From positions 124,001 through 188,000 of the forward strand of contig DF237036.1 of the NCBI GenBank assembly GCA_000708835.1: a stretch of 64,000 nt of DNA. The letters run 5' to 3'. This document shows, piece after piece, positions 15,001 to 26,922 of the stretch; the stretch's first letter is position 1; the number at the start of each line of letters is the position of its first letter. The stretch comes from Klebsormidium nitens. Its lineage: Eukaryota > Plantae > Klebsormidiophyceae. The translations under genes and the position numbers were made by a program. The notes under the pieces are model-generated. The model was not told the DNA's origin, made no database searches, and worked only from the letters and a program-made list of their open reading frames with translations.

Positions 15001-16400
15001 AAGATGCACTCCCTCAGAAGCGGTCAAGCAGGCAAACTACCTAGAATTTGCAAGATAAGCAAACAAAAGAGAACAACAGCACAACTCCGCCTTGCGCGAG
15101 CCATTGCCAGAAACAATACTTGCACATAGGTGCAAGACGCGTGTTCCCTATTTTTCCTCATGACACGTTTCGACCGGAAGAGTCCTTTGAAGCTTCAAAA
15201 ACCAGGAATAAAATAAACGCAAGTCATCCTTTTCTCAACAAAACGACAGTGGCATCAACAGCGAACCTTGGAAAGACAGCCTGGGGCCAGAATGCTGCGC
15301 CCCGCCGCATGTACGCATCATTGTCATCAGGGTTCCAGCCTTAGTCTCGAGCTTGCTTGAGTAGATTGACAAGTACAACTTAAAAAGGGAATGCGAAGCA
15401 AGGAAACAAGGCTTCGTAAATATCGAAGCAGAGACTGATCTTCGTAAGGTTGCCTCTCCTTTTACAACGCTCTTGAGGTGCCAGCTCTGCCTATGCAAGC
15501 ACATACTGCAGCCTGTGGAGATACTCAAATGATGAACCTCCCTAAACGCCCAACTCTTCGGCGGCACAGGCGTCAGCACGTCAGCAACAAAGTGGCTGAG
15601 CCCCACAACACTCACGCTCATTCAGAAGGTATCCCAGCCACCAATCTACTATCGTGCTGATTTGACGATTGTTCTTGGATTGCAGGATTCTTTACACAAT
15701 TCATGTGTACAGCGAAAGACACAGGTATCTTTGGGCTCTGACAACTCTATGTAACCCATCATGCAAACACTTGCAACAACCAAACCCTCCCGCTTTCATG
15801 GAACATCCAATACGCGGCTGATCTGCTCTTCTGTACAAGGAAGAGCGAGACCGAGCAGATTCGTAGATGGCGTCAGCTGTGCTTGATTGGGTAGCCAAAA
15901 GCACGCCACCCGAACTTTAAGATGCATCACAACCGCTCAATCGTAAACAAAGCTCCTCAGTATAAGGGGTTTCTTCATACTAGGAAGACCTCAGGGACGA
16001 ACCGGCTTGCAAGCACAGCGTCATCGAAGGACAGAGACTTTCTGAGGGCGCAGTGTGTCCAACGTTTTGGGGTGCACCGCCACCACTTGACTTCAGTCAG
16101 ACACCGATTCACCAACTTGACAAGACGGAGTCAAGATTCTGTTCCTTTATCGCTCCAGCATAGTTGCGTAACACACTGCGCTTTGAATCCACTCCCTTCG
16201 CTCGACAGCCCGAGAGCATTGTGTCGTATGCACACTAACATCGACAGAACGGACATTCAGTGATCAAAGTGAAAGTGATCATAGCATTGCGAAACCCCTT
16301 TTTCTGGAGAAGATACTGGAAATGGCAAGGGCCCAAAAAGGATCAGAAACGCTAGGCTTCAGCTCTTCCGGCGGATCTTCATTCCCGGGTTCAAAGTCTT
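1..16400. other. Tract of fragmented coding-like sequence with no intact recognisable gene; possible decayed transposon or viral insertion
   Basis: Protein-like reading frames are broken by stops and frameshifts. Example: the + frame from ATG 72 to ~735 has stops at 126, 162, 282, 288, 672 and 696 but is open 291-674. Other pieces at 11887-12426 (+), 12400-13132 (-) and 15360-16260 (+). I could not build a convincing spliced gene or recognise a domain. Confidence 0.3.
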
Positions 16401-17290
16401 GTTGCTCGTAAGGGACTCCACCGTAAGTTTGGAACATAAATGACAAGTCCACCAGTCATGCTCAACCGAGAATGCCCACCGCAAAGTACTGATAGGTCAC
16501 TAGTACCAGGATGACTTGGGCGCCTAGTGACTGTTGGCTCACCTTTCTCATCAACACACTCCCTCTACAGGGAGAACCACCTCTACAAAGTGGTTTGCTT
16601 CGTCACCCCACAATGACCTGTGGAGAAACAATCTGTGTCAGAAATTTAAGGAACAGAAGGCCTGTATACTTGCCGATTGTCAAACCGTGCTTCTACTCTA
16701 CTCTGACTGTGTATGCAGGCCACTCTGGACCTTCCAAAGCTTCAGAATTGACACATTCAGGACCATGCACCAGTGCAATCTGTTGCAACTGCGGGCGTTC
16801 GAAAGTAGGATAGCTGACATCTAACAGCGAACATCATTGAACAGAGCTTGCAACTATTATCTCCTGTAGAAGCATCTGTTGCTCAATCTGACAAGGCCTG
16901 GGGTCTTCTGAAGTAGCTAAATGGACAGTGAAACGACAATCTCCAAGTGACTGAACAGTGTCAGCATTGTCGGCGTTGTTTTCCTGGTGAAACATGGACA
17001 ATCAGAGGAAAGCCTGAGAATCTTTTGTTATCGTGCGAGGATTGTGGTCGCAAAAGACAGTAGAGCAGTCACCACATTCTAAGGCACCTAATGGTATCCA
17101 GCGAGACTTCCATGCGACTCTGCCTTCAGCTATAGTGCGCTAGTTATGAACAGAGCAACTTGATGGTTCTTTGAAAGAGTTGAGAAACAAAAAAGAGTTA
17201 AAAAGCACGGCCGCAAGGGCGAGTACAAAGAAGATTGAGAAACTCAGCTATTGCCCAACAGAAAATCCATCCAGCTGATGCAGACACCTT

Positions 17291-17490
17291 TGCATTGATA
17301 GCATTGATCGCATTATCGGCACAAGCAAGACGAAGATGGGCCAGTTCGGACTGCTGCTAGGAAAGTACGTCCGCAGCGGCGCTGAGGAAGTTTAGAAAGC
17401 GAAGTCCAAGAAGGCTAAGAAGGCATACCAACTGAAAGTGAAATTTGAGGAACAGGAAGACTATCTCTGAACGCTTGAACACATTGCTTG
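17291..17490 (+). pseudogene. Relic reading frame of unknown protein
   Basis: CIDSIDRIIGTSKTKMGQFGLLLGKYVRSGAEEV*KAKSKKAKKAYQLKVKFEEQEDYL*TLEHIA reads as a protein-like charged helix through two stops. No family recognised. Confidence 0.25.
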
Positions 17491-20400
17491 ATTTGTGCTC
17501 TTGGAAGCTGAGCACCACAGGATGATGCAGATTTCAATAAGTAAAAACTTAATGTTGGTGAAGGGTGCTGGCGGTGACCAATGTGAATAAGCGAGTAGAC
17601 CTATCAAAAAAGCTGGACAAAAGTGAAAAGAGCCTCAGAAGCATACCAAAAACGTACACCACCTTGGCATCATCCTGTTATCAAACGAGCCTTTCGCAAA
17701 CAACTCTATCGAAGCTGGAAGCCTTGAACCTGATGCAAAGGAAAGGGTTGGCAGCATTGACCAAGGGCGAGGAAAATGAGCCACTTACACGCCTGATTCA
17801 ATGCTGCTGTGGTAGCGCCTTCACCTCAGAAGATGCAGAGAGCATGCAGAGTAGAAACACACCTTCATGAGGTCCTATTGGTTGATCGCTTTTGCCCACT
17901 TCTCTGCCCTGAAGTGAAGAGGCTGAACATGTTTCTGCTTGCACCACCTTTCAACAGGAAGCCCCAGCCTGCCCAGCACAGAAACTGAGAAAGTTGCCCA
18001 CAATCTGTCGAGAAACTTTCACTTGCCATTGGATTCGGAACGAACCCCTGCCATTCTTGCCAATGCAAGGCAGTTGTAGAATAGCTGGAGCCTGGTGCCA
18101 AAATGCAGCATTGCAAGAACGAGGCCAGGTTGAGTTCACACCACATACATATTACCAGGTCCGTATTACTATTTAGCTTGGTGACTGATTGGCTCGAAGA
18201 AATGCGCTGCATTGGGGTCCTCCTCTTCATCGACGGTTACTGACGCGCCATCTGGCAAACCATGTGATTTTAGTTCAAGCCGTCCGATAAACGTAGTGAA
18301 CGGTAGGTATGTAGCAACGCTACGTACAAAAGTTTGTCCGAGTGAAAGTTCAAGTTGAGCAGCGAACGGTAATTTGGAAAGGGGGAGCACCTGGCAACCG
18401 GATTAGATTCACTCATTTGCAAACAACTTCTGAGGAAGATGGAGGCTGCATTTGGAAGGGAGGCAGGATCAGGATGAATGGATACGCTAGGAGTTGTTTG
18501 TGAGCTTCTGTGGTGGTAGCAAAGGTCGAGCAGGAGGAATCTGGCACCAATGTGGTTGGCTTGGGTTGACAGTCGTGTCATCTTGGAGCGCTGTTGAGGA
18601 GTCTGCCGTTGAAACGAACAGTTCTGCAGGCAACGTCAAATGGAAGTTCTGGCAGAGAACTGCGTTGAAGTCAGGAGGTGCAGCGTTGCTGAAATTTGGG
18701 GCCAGTCTGGGAGTGCAAACAACTGATCTGCTGGGAGTAGGTTCTGGACGGCAATCAATAAGCAGGTAAATTGACTCTGTCCTTGTCCATGGGACTCGTC
18801 CTTTGAAACACTGCACCATTGCTGGGATTGTCCGGAGTTGAGTTGCTCTGAGGGAGTGAGCTCAATGGGGCTTTCTTTTGCACTCCACCATATGAATGCA
18901 GGAGGTGGAGGGTGGTGTGATTGCGCTTGCCTTTCTGAGTTGCTGCGGACACAATGATGGATTCTAAGGTGCTGCTTGTGTTTGAGTCTGCTAGCAAGGA
19001 TGGATGCACCAAACATTGTTAATGGTGTTTGTTCCAGATGCCGTTCCACTTGCGAATCTGACTGTCTGCTTCCAGATGCTGTTCTCCATATGCCGTTCTA
19101 CTTGGTTTGCTTGAAAACGTCGACTCAAAACATATCGATCCTGTGTTGAATCTGATAGTTCGCGTGTGATTGTTGTTAGGCTCATGTTATCTTCCAGTTA
19201 ATATTCTCTTGAGAGCAACTTCTTTTTGTAAACGATACCACCATTTGTGTTGGTTATTTACCACCTTCTGGCGCCTTTTATGCTTTCTGTCGTGTTTGAG
19301 CTGCAATCAGGGCGGCCCTTGGGAAAAGGTCATTGTTTGATCTGCTACCTTGTTGTCAATGACAAGATCTTGACACATTGCGGTTGTCTTGGTTCACGTG
19401 CATGCACACATGCTTGGGGGTCTTTGCAGAGGTAAATGCTGACCAGATTTTGACCACTGCATTTGATGAGTGCCTCTGACGGTGTTTCACCTTGAGTGCA
19501 AGCGACTTGTAAGCAGAGGCAGTCTCTGGACTGGAATCCAACTGCAGTGAATGTGTGATGGAGTGCTGTAAGTCATTTGGGAAACTGCATACATGGCCCT
19601 TATGTGAACACCGCGTGAAGACTTCTTAAGTTGTTACTTGGACAGAATACTGTAGCGATTCTTGGTGTCCAGTACTTCAGCAATCTCTCCAGCACAAGCT
19701 GAGGCCCAATTCTGCAGAAGGCCACCAGTGCACAGCTAGTGTGCGCTTGGTGTGACCGCGTTCTCTTCTAGTGCTGTTTTTTGTCGCCGTGCCTCTCTCC
19801 TGGCCAGGCCAAGCGAGCACCTGAATCCGACACGAGTATCATCATCAGCAATTCAGTCGGACATGCTGAGAACGCAGTCCTGCTAACACTGTCCTTGCAA
19901 GTTTTTGCAGCAGTGTTCTGCACCACCTTCAGTTGTATTTCAGGCAGTTTGCTTCCCCACAGCTTTCAGATGATATCCTCTCAATATTGCCCTTGAGAGG
20001 ATGATCCTGTGATGTCCTTCCTGTGTGCCCACTTTCCAAGATCCTGATTTGTAGCACTCTTGGTTTGTTCAGCATGTCATTGTTCAAAGGCAATTTGGTG
20101 ACCCTCAGGTCAGCTGATTAGTATTCGCTGGCAAATTGCACTTCAATAATTGGAGCTAGTGCAAAGCGTGCCATTGCTCAAGAAGATTGTGTTGCGGATG
20201 ACTTCTGGATTCAATTGACTTCGCAATCGACCGTATCTGGGATTTTAGTGTCATCATGGTCGCCGTTGCTGGAGGATCAGCTGTTACTCTTGAACGCCGT
20301 TGGTGAGACCGACGCCGTTGGTTCATGCGGTTCACGTGCTCATCGTCAGAGTGCTCGACATTCTCTAAGTAGGTGTAAAGACTGTCCTTGGGGCCAGCAA

Positions 20401-21996
20401 GTGCTGGTCTGAGTAAACGTCTGCATTCTGCCTACCTGTAGGTCCTCATTACCTGCACTTGAAAGTCTTTCGTTTGCAGGCAATTACTCAATCCGCTCAA
20501 CTGCTCTGGTTCGGTCAAACGTTCTTCTGGCCCCCAAAAGCCAAGTTTGGTATACAAGTAAAGCACGGAAAAGGGTCAGCAATTCCGTTTATCATGTCAT
20601 AAATTAAGCCGTTCTGTGTGCAGGTGTTTGCTGTAGCAGGTCTCTTTCTTTGAGATTGCCAAGGGGGCTGGGCGCACTCCGACAGTGTTGCTGTCGTCCC
20701 AGCGCAACCCGCTAATGGGTGGCCCTTTCTAGGCCAGACTCTACGCACATTCGAGCACGGGCTTAAGGTAATTGACTTTTTCCCAACATTGGTCGAGAGG
20801 AGCAGAGAGTTATTCTGCTAAGATGACAAGTTCTGGTGATTCTTCTCGATGTTTGAGGGACACAGTATGCGGAAGAAGTCATTTTCATTTGCAGTTCCTT
20901 TGGATGTTTCGAACATGGTTTGTACATAAGGTTTCTGCGCCTGTATGACGTAGAAAGTGATAAAAGCTTACACCGCCTGCCCTGCACTCTAGGCTGATTC
21001 GCTTGGGAACTATGTTGTCGTGTCTTACATTTTTTCTTGATGATCCATCTGATCAGAACCTGTAGCATGACAGCGGTCATGACCTTTGTTTGTTTGAGAA
21101 GGCTTCCATTACGTTTGGGAGGCTTAGATCCTGAATATGGAGCCTACAGCTCTTTCTTGCTGCTAGCCAACTGATTAATGCCTCCAAAAGCAGGAGAACA
21201 GTTGCCGCAAGACTTCTGAGTAAGTACGGGGGGCCTTGTGCAGGTGTTGGGAAGGTTGGCTGGCTTATGGGAAAGCGGGAGGCGGGAGGAATCTCTATGT
21301 GCTCACCTTACTTCAATCAATAGGATCTCACAGGGCAAGACTGGGCTTTTGAGGTGAGTTACCAAGCTCTTAACCCGGTGCCCTTTCCTGTCCTTTCGCT
21401 GTTTTTCCTGGCGTTTCTCTGACCAGGGTGTGCATTTCTTAGCAGTTATCGAGTCTCCTTCGGTTCATTATGGTACCGCTTCATTGGTGGATCACTTGAA
21501 CAAACAATCCATCGAGATTCAGTAGTCATCATCCCGTGGATAGAGGACGGTTTAGGAGGAGCCATGGTAATCAGGCGCCTGGCTGCCACTTTTTATGTGA
21601 CGTACTCAACGGTTGGCTGGTGTGTCGTTTCTCTGTCTCCATATCTCCATGGCGTTCAATTCTCCCTGTTCGGCCTCTTAGGTGTCTCACTGTTCGGCCT
21701 TTCCGCTTTGACATCAGCTTAGGTGTCTCGACAGCTTGTGAAGGAAGTTCAGAACGGTACCGAATCTGCAGTTGAGATTCGATTGTTGTATCACTGACGC
21801 CAACATCGCTGTTGAGGTTCAATTGCTAGTCACTGCCCAATGTTCCGAGTCAAGATTGCAACACTTCTCAGCTTCCTGCAAAGTAACTCCTGCCCGGTAA
21901 AGTCTCCAGCAGCTATGCAAACCCTCAGATTGACCACGTATGAACTCAGAATTGCTGGTCTAAATCTCTTTGCCACACCCTTTTGCGCAGGTAGCC

Positions 21997-24209
21997 ATGG
22001 CTCCGCAGGGTGTGCCGAAGCTGATGCGGATCCGCGGCTCAAAGCAGCCGTCCAAGAGGCCTAAGAGGCCGATGCTCGCGTTCATTGGGGACCGGGGTTC
22101 GGGGCCGGGGCCTGACCTGGGGAGCGAAGAAGTAGCCTCCGAGGGAGTTCCCCGGTCGAAGAAGTCCGGCTTCAAACTCTCACACCAATCCGCCGGGTCC
22201 CACCCAGAGCCGATCGGAGGTGCGATGATCATCTGTCCCCCGATCGCAGGCAAAGACGGGTCGGCCAAGGATCGGGCCTCGTTTTTTGCGGCGCTCAGTG
22301 CGGGGGAGTGGTCGGGTCCGGTAACGGAGCGGGAGGCGGAGACTCTGAGCGACTTGGTACTGATCCGGGCGTGCAACAGCAAGTTGTTGCAGGGGTACTC
22401 GAGTCTGTTGGGTACGGCGCTCGGGTTGCGGTCGATCCAAGGCGCGTTGACGAGGCAACCGGCGGTGGTCGTTTACGTCACGCGAAAGGTCAGCAGCGCG
22501 TGGCTAGTCAAAGAGGAGCAGCTCCCCGACCGGTTGAGAGGCCCCGACGGCCTCTGGTGCGACCTTGACGTCATCGAGTTTGCGGACGGGGTTTGCCAAA
22601 GCCGCGCGGACACGTACAGCGGTCTAACGGACGGGCTCCGGGGCGGCGACCCCCACATCGGGCCGGGCTCACAAGTCGCCACGTCGGAGGTTTACGGAAC
22701 GCTGGGGGCCATCGTGCGGTGCAAGAAGGACGTCAGCAAGGTGGGGTTCATCACCAACCGACACGTGTCGGTGGATCTGGACCGGCCACTGCAGCGAGTG
22801 TACCATCCGTTGCCGCCGATGACGTACCTCGGGACAGCGGAGCGGGCGGTCTCGTACGCGACGGACCACCTGTGGTATGGCATCTTCTGCGGACCTAACC
22901 CAGGTTCGTCCACAGCCGTTCTCTTTGCCTCAGCGGACCTTCTTTCAGGAAATCAAAGACCGCAGGCCGACAGGCAAGAAGCTCAGGGACAAGGCGTTGG
23001 CCACGACGTGAAGTGCGCTTGCCGCTCTAGGCTAGCGTTGTAGGGTCTCACCATTGCGTTCACAAGAGTTTTGGCGAGGTTGCAGGGTCGCGTTTCCAAG
23101 ACTTTGAGGTCCTTGGATTCCAAGGCTGGACGTCGTCGCTTTAAGGCAAAGCGACGAGGTTCTTTGAAATTGAATGTGTATGCTAGGTCACTCCTAGTGG
23201 CATGTCGCCTCACCAGAGTGCTCTTTCATTAACCTGTCGTTATGCTTTCTCGATCCTGCGTGCTGATACTGCCTGCCTCATTGTCGAGTAGCAGCAGCAC
23301 TGGCGCTTCAATAGAAGCGCGTTGTTGACTTCGCTTTCATCATTTGTGGACTTTCTGCTGTACACTTGGCAGTCCATCGCTGTTTCCAGCCAAAGTGCCT
23401 AATAAAACTAAGAGAAGACGAAGCGGAACGCGCTAGTGGCCTTTGATCGTGTTCCTTCACAGGGTTTTCTTACTTTGGCGTGGTCCGCTTCGTCGATAAC
23501 AACCGCTCGCTGTTCTCTGGAGATTGATGCTATGGCGTTGGACATTAGCCTGCAATTATTCGGGACAGTCCATCAAAATCAGCGCTCGATCATTCCATCC
23601 GAAATCATGCAAGGTACTAATCTGGATCTTGTCTTATAAAGTGATGACTAATCGAGTCCTGTGGTTCTACAAGCGGTGTGCGCTCCCCCTCTGCAGACTC
23701 TTATGTGAGGGCGGATGGCGCATTCATCCCGTTCTCCAAGGAGTTCGACTTGAGTTTGATCGACACACGAATGAAGGGCGTCGGTCCTCTTGGGCCGGTG
23801 ATCGAGGTCGACCTTGAACTTCCGGTAGCGAGCATAGTCGGAAAGACCGTGTTCAAAGTTGGGCGGACAACGGGGTTAACGACAGGTGTCATCATGGCGT
23901 ATGCGGTCGAATACGACGAATCGAAGGGAGTGACGGTGTACACCGACTTCTTGGTGTTAGGGGAGGGGAGCCGGCCGTTCGACGCACAAGGGGATAGCGG
24001 AAGCTTGATCGTTATGCCGGATGGAGAGGGCATGCCGCCCCGTCCGATTGGCCTGGTGTGGGGGGGCACCGTCAACCACGGGGGCCTGCGCATGAGGAAC
24101 GGAATTGGGCCGGAAAATTGGACGAGCGGAATCGGGCTCGCTAGATTGATGCACCTGCTAGACGTGGACCTGTTGTACTCCTTGGATGCGGACGGTGCAG
24201 ACGGCGCAG
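21997..24209 (+). CDS. NAL1: NAL1 (NARROW LEAF 1)-family trypsin-like serine protease; exons 21997-22903 and 23697-24209, terminal exon uncertain
   Basis: Family motifs WCDLDVIEF, GSQVATSEVYGTLGAIV, GFITNRHVSVDLD, YVRADGAFIPF, KVGRTTGLTTG, GDSGSLI, GLVWGGT, GPENWTSG. The phase-1 junction CCAG|gttcgt...ctgcag|AC gives NP-DSYVRAD. gccATGg start. Probable 5'UTR intron 21354-21990. Candidate last exon from ~24530 (GGLPRIKLSE...KPRD*). Confidence 0.92.
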
Positions 24210-26922
24210 GTGAGACTCGGATTTCAAACTCTTTTCCCTTCTTTGGTTTTTATGGCCGGATGGGAAGGGGGTGTTGCGCCCACTCAACGTGCTTCTCATC
24301 TGATTTTCGTCGTGTTCTTGTAGTACTTGATTTTGGGTACGTGCCAGGAGGTCAGAATGACTTATACTGTCCTGACAACGTTTGGAGATGGTATTGTGTC
24401 CACTCGAACGCGAAATTTTGATTTGTCGGGAACTATATCACGCGTTGTGCTCTGTCTTCCCTTGCTTGTTCGCGTGAACTTGTCTTGACGTTGAACATCC
24501 GGTTTAGCTCATGATGGTAAAGCTTGCACAGGCGGTCTTCCAAGGATCAAACTTTCAGAGCAAACCTCTGATGTTCGGCTCGTTAAGGGAATCAACAATG
24601 GTGTCAAGCCGAGAGATTGATATCCAAGTCGCGTACATTGGATTTGTTTGATCTGAGAGGCTGACTTTAGAGTGTTCAATTCCATACCATCTCGTGCTTT
24701 TCAAACAGGCGTGCCCCAGCAACTTCCAAAGGAGACCATGGCCGCACGTGCAAGCAAGGCAATCGCAATGGACGGCGACGGTGGCAGTCATGCAGGCGTC
24801 GAGGCAAAGCGGCGAAAGCTTAGGGAATAGCTAGACCGTTATTAAAGGCACATGCATTGCTGAGGTCTCCTTGCTTGAACACGAGCGGCAAGCGGTCTCA
24901 GGCTGGCTAGTCAAAGTAACCTCACTAGAAGTAAGGGTTTTTAGACATTGACTGAATGAAGCATTAGACTGCTCCCTTCCAAAGTTGGTTGAGAAGCTCG
25001 CATGTTTTATGGGTGTTGATACAGAGGTAGAAGATCAGATCAAGCGGTTTGGCGGATCAAGAGTCCAAACGAAGTGAGGGTCGGAAACTGACCAACTGAG
25101 GTATTCACGTCCATCAGCATGGGCAAAAGCAACCACTCCAGGCAAGGTGTTAGAATCTATTAAGTTGACCCACGACAGGTCCTAGTGGGTTGCTACGTCT
25201 TTAACATTATCCAGCGCGGCGCGCCTTAAACGGTGGCATTGAGTCTTGTAGTGCAGACTTGAACGGTCATTGTTGCGTTTGATGTACATGACTAGGAAGG
25301 TCTTTCAAGTCGTCTGCAATTGCATTGATTTTTCGCATCCAGACTCAAAGACTCTTCCAGTTATGTGTTTGCATTGTTCAATGACAACATTGAGGGAGAT
25401 CGGATGGAGCTTGCAGTATGTTTGATGTATATATTGGCCGGCAGTCACGTGCGCTTCATCGATCTTCGAAACGTACCATCATGTACTAGTGAGTCTCGGG
25501 CTGGCATGCAGCCTGTTCGTACTAAAGCCCTCGGTAAATTCATTAGACGCATCTTGGCAAGCCTCGGAATGGCAAATTGACTGTATGTATAATACTTGAA
25601 TGCGCGCCCGGAGCTACAGCCTACCAAGCCTATTGATGGCCGTGGCCAGGCCGTCAATTTATAGTTGATCGAGAGGGTCCTTTGAAACAAAGCTATCTAG
25701 TGTTAGTACTGTGATCTGAAAGTTGTGCTTGACTCGATCAGAATGACGGTGACCAATTGAGTAGACCGGCCATGCCTAGCAGAGCTGAGCAAGCCCGGCT
25801 GGGCGCGCCGAGCCCATATGGCCTCAATCAAAACATGATGAAACGTCGGCTGTCAGTGTCACGTACGGTCTAGCACTGGTATGCAAACAAGCTTGTAAAC
25901 GATCGTGGAGATCGAGACTCACAGATTCACGCGGCAACGGTTTTGCTTTTAATTAAAGGCGTTATACGACAACATCCGATCAACATCGACTGAACGCCGT
26001 TACGCCGGTCGGTAACTTCGGATCAGTGCCATCCGGTCCTATAAGTTCGACCTGCGCGGCACAGGCTGAGCGAGCCATGGACTTCAGTTTGCAGCGGTCA
26101 CATTTACATGCAGCTATATGATTTGACACCTCGCGCGAAAATAGGCTAAGTACGATACGTTTGCGATCGTGCATATCAATACCATTAAAAACCATGCATC
26201 CAATTTAAAGACTTGAGAATGGCGAGTGACTATAAGACTCAGGTGACGGAAGCCTGTCCGATCAGGACCGCGATCCGATCGGCCCGGCCCTCATGCAGCC
26301 AATTATAGGCGCTAGATTCGCACTTTATATGGTCATTACGTGTACAATTGAATGATAGCCTAACGCCTGCGCAGAGTACAGAGCGCTCTGTACAAGTCCC
26401 TAAGTTTGATCATATCGCGGCCTCACGGGCATGCATTTTCAAAGGACATGGCGCATGGGCTCGATCATCTGTCGATCTGAGTCAATCCGAGTCGACTCGT
26501 ACCGTCACGGCGTTCCGGGTCTCTTAATTAAGTAGCTGGTGCATGTTGTGTCACGTACTTTCCGGCGGACCACATGGTGACACTGGCAGCCGGACCTGGT
26601 TTTCTGATGCACGGATTCACGGCATGGAGGTGCCCGTATAAACGCTTGCTATGACCACAAATTAATCTCGTCCAACAGCTTTACCAACTTGGCAAGACCA
26701 TATGCAACCGACGGTCTCAGTCGGCCCTTATGCTTGCCAAACCGCTCTGCTGAGTCGGAGGGTTTGTTGACATGGTTAGAGGGTTACACTTACACGGTCA
26801 GTACCATACATGCGCTTAAGTGAATCTCGGCACTCAACGCGGCAGGCACGATATGCATGCGTCGGACACAATCCTCACCGACCGTCCGCGACGAACTTAC
26901 GCCAAAATCGTTACAGCATTCC

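Noticed and set aside
15472-15515. SWIM-like CQLCLCKHIL motif
   Set aside because: Cys spacing is too short for a SWIM finger and there is no adjacent transposase signature.
19040-19150. YVLSRRFQANQVERH resembling a P-element/THAP9 transposase motif
   Set aside because: The catalytic-type QD is missing, and the segment is part of a short local duplication (QVERHMEN/QVERHLEQ).
24800-26800. Possible MITE or inverted repeat in the convergent intergenic region (CGAGCCCAT ~25808 and its complement ~26455)
   Set aside because: The match is only ~9-10 nt, with no target-site duplication or second copy found.
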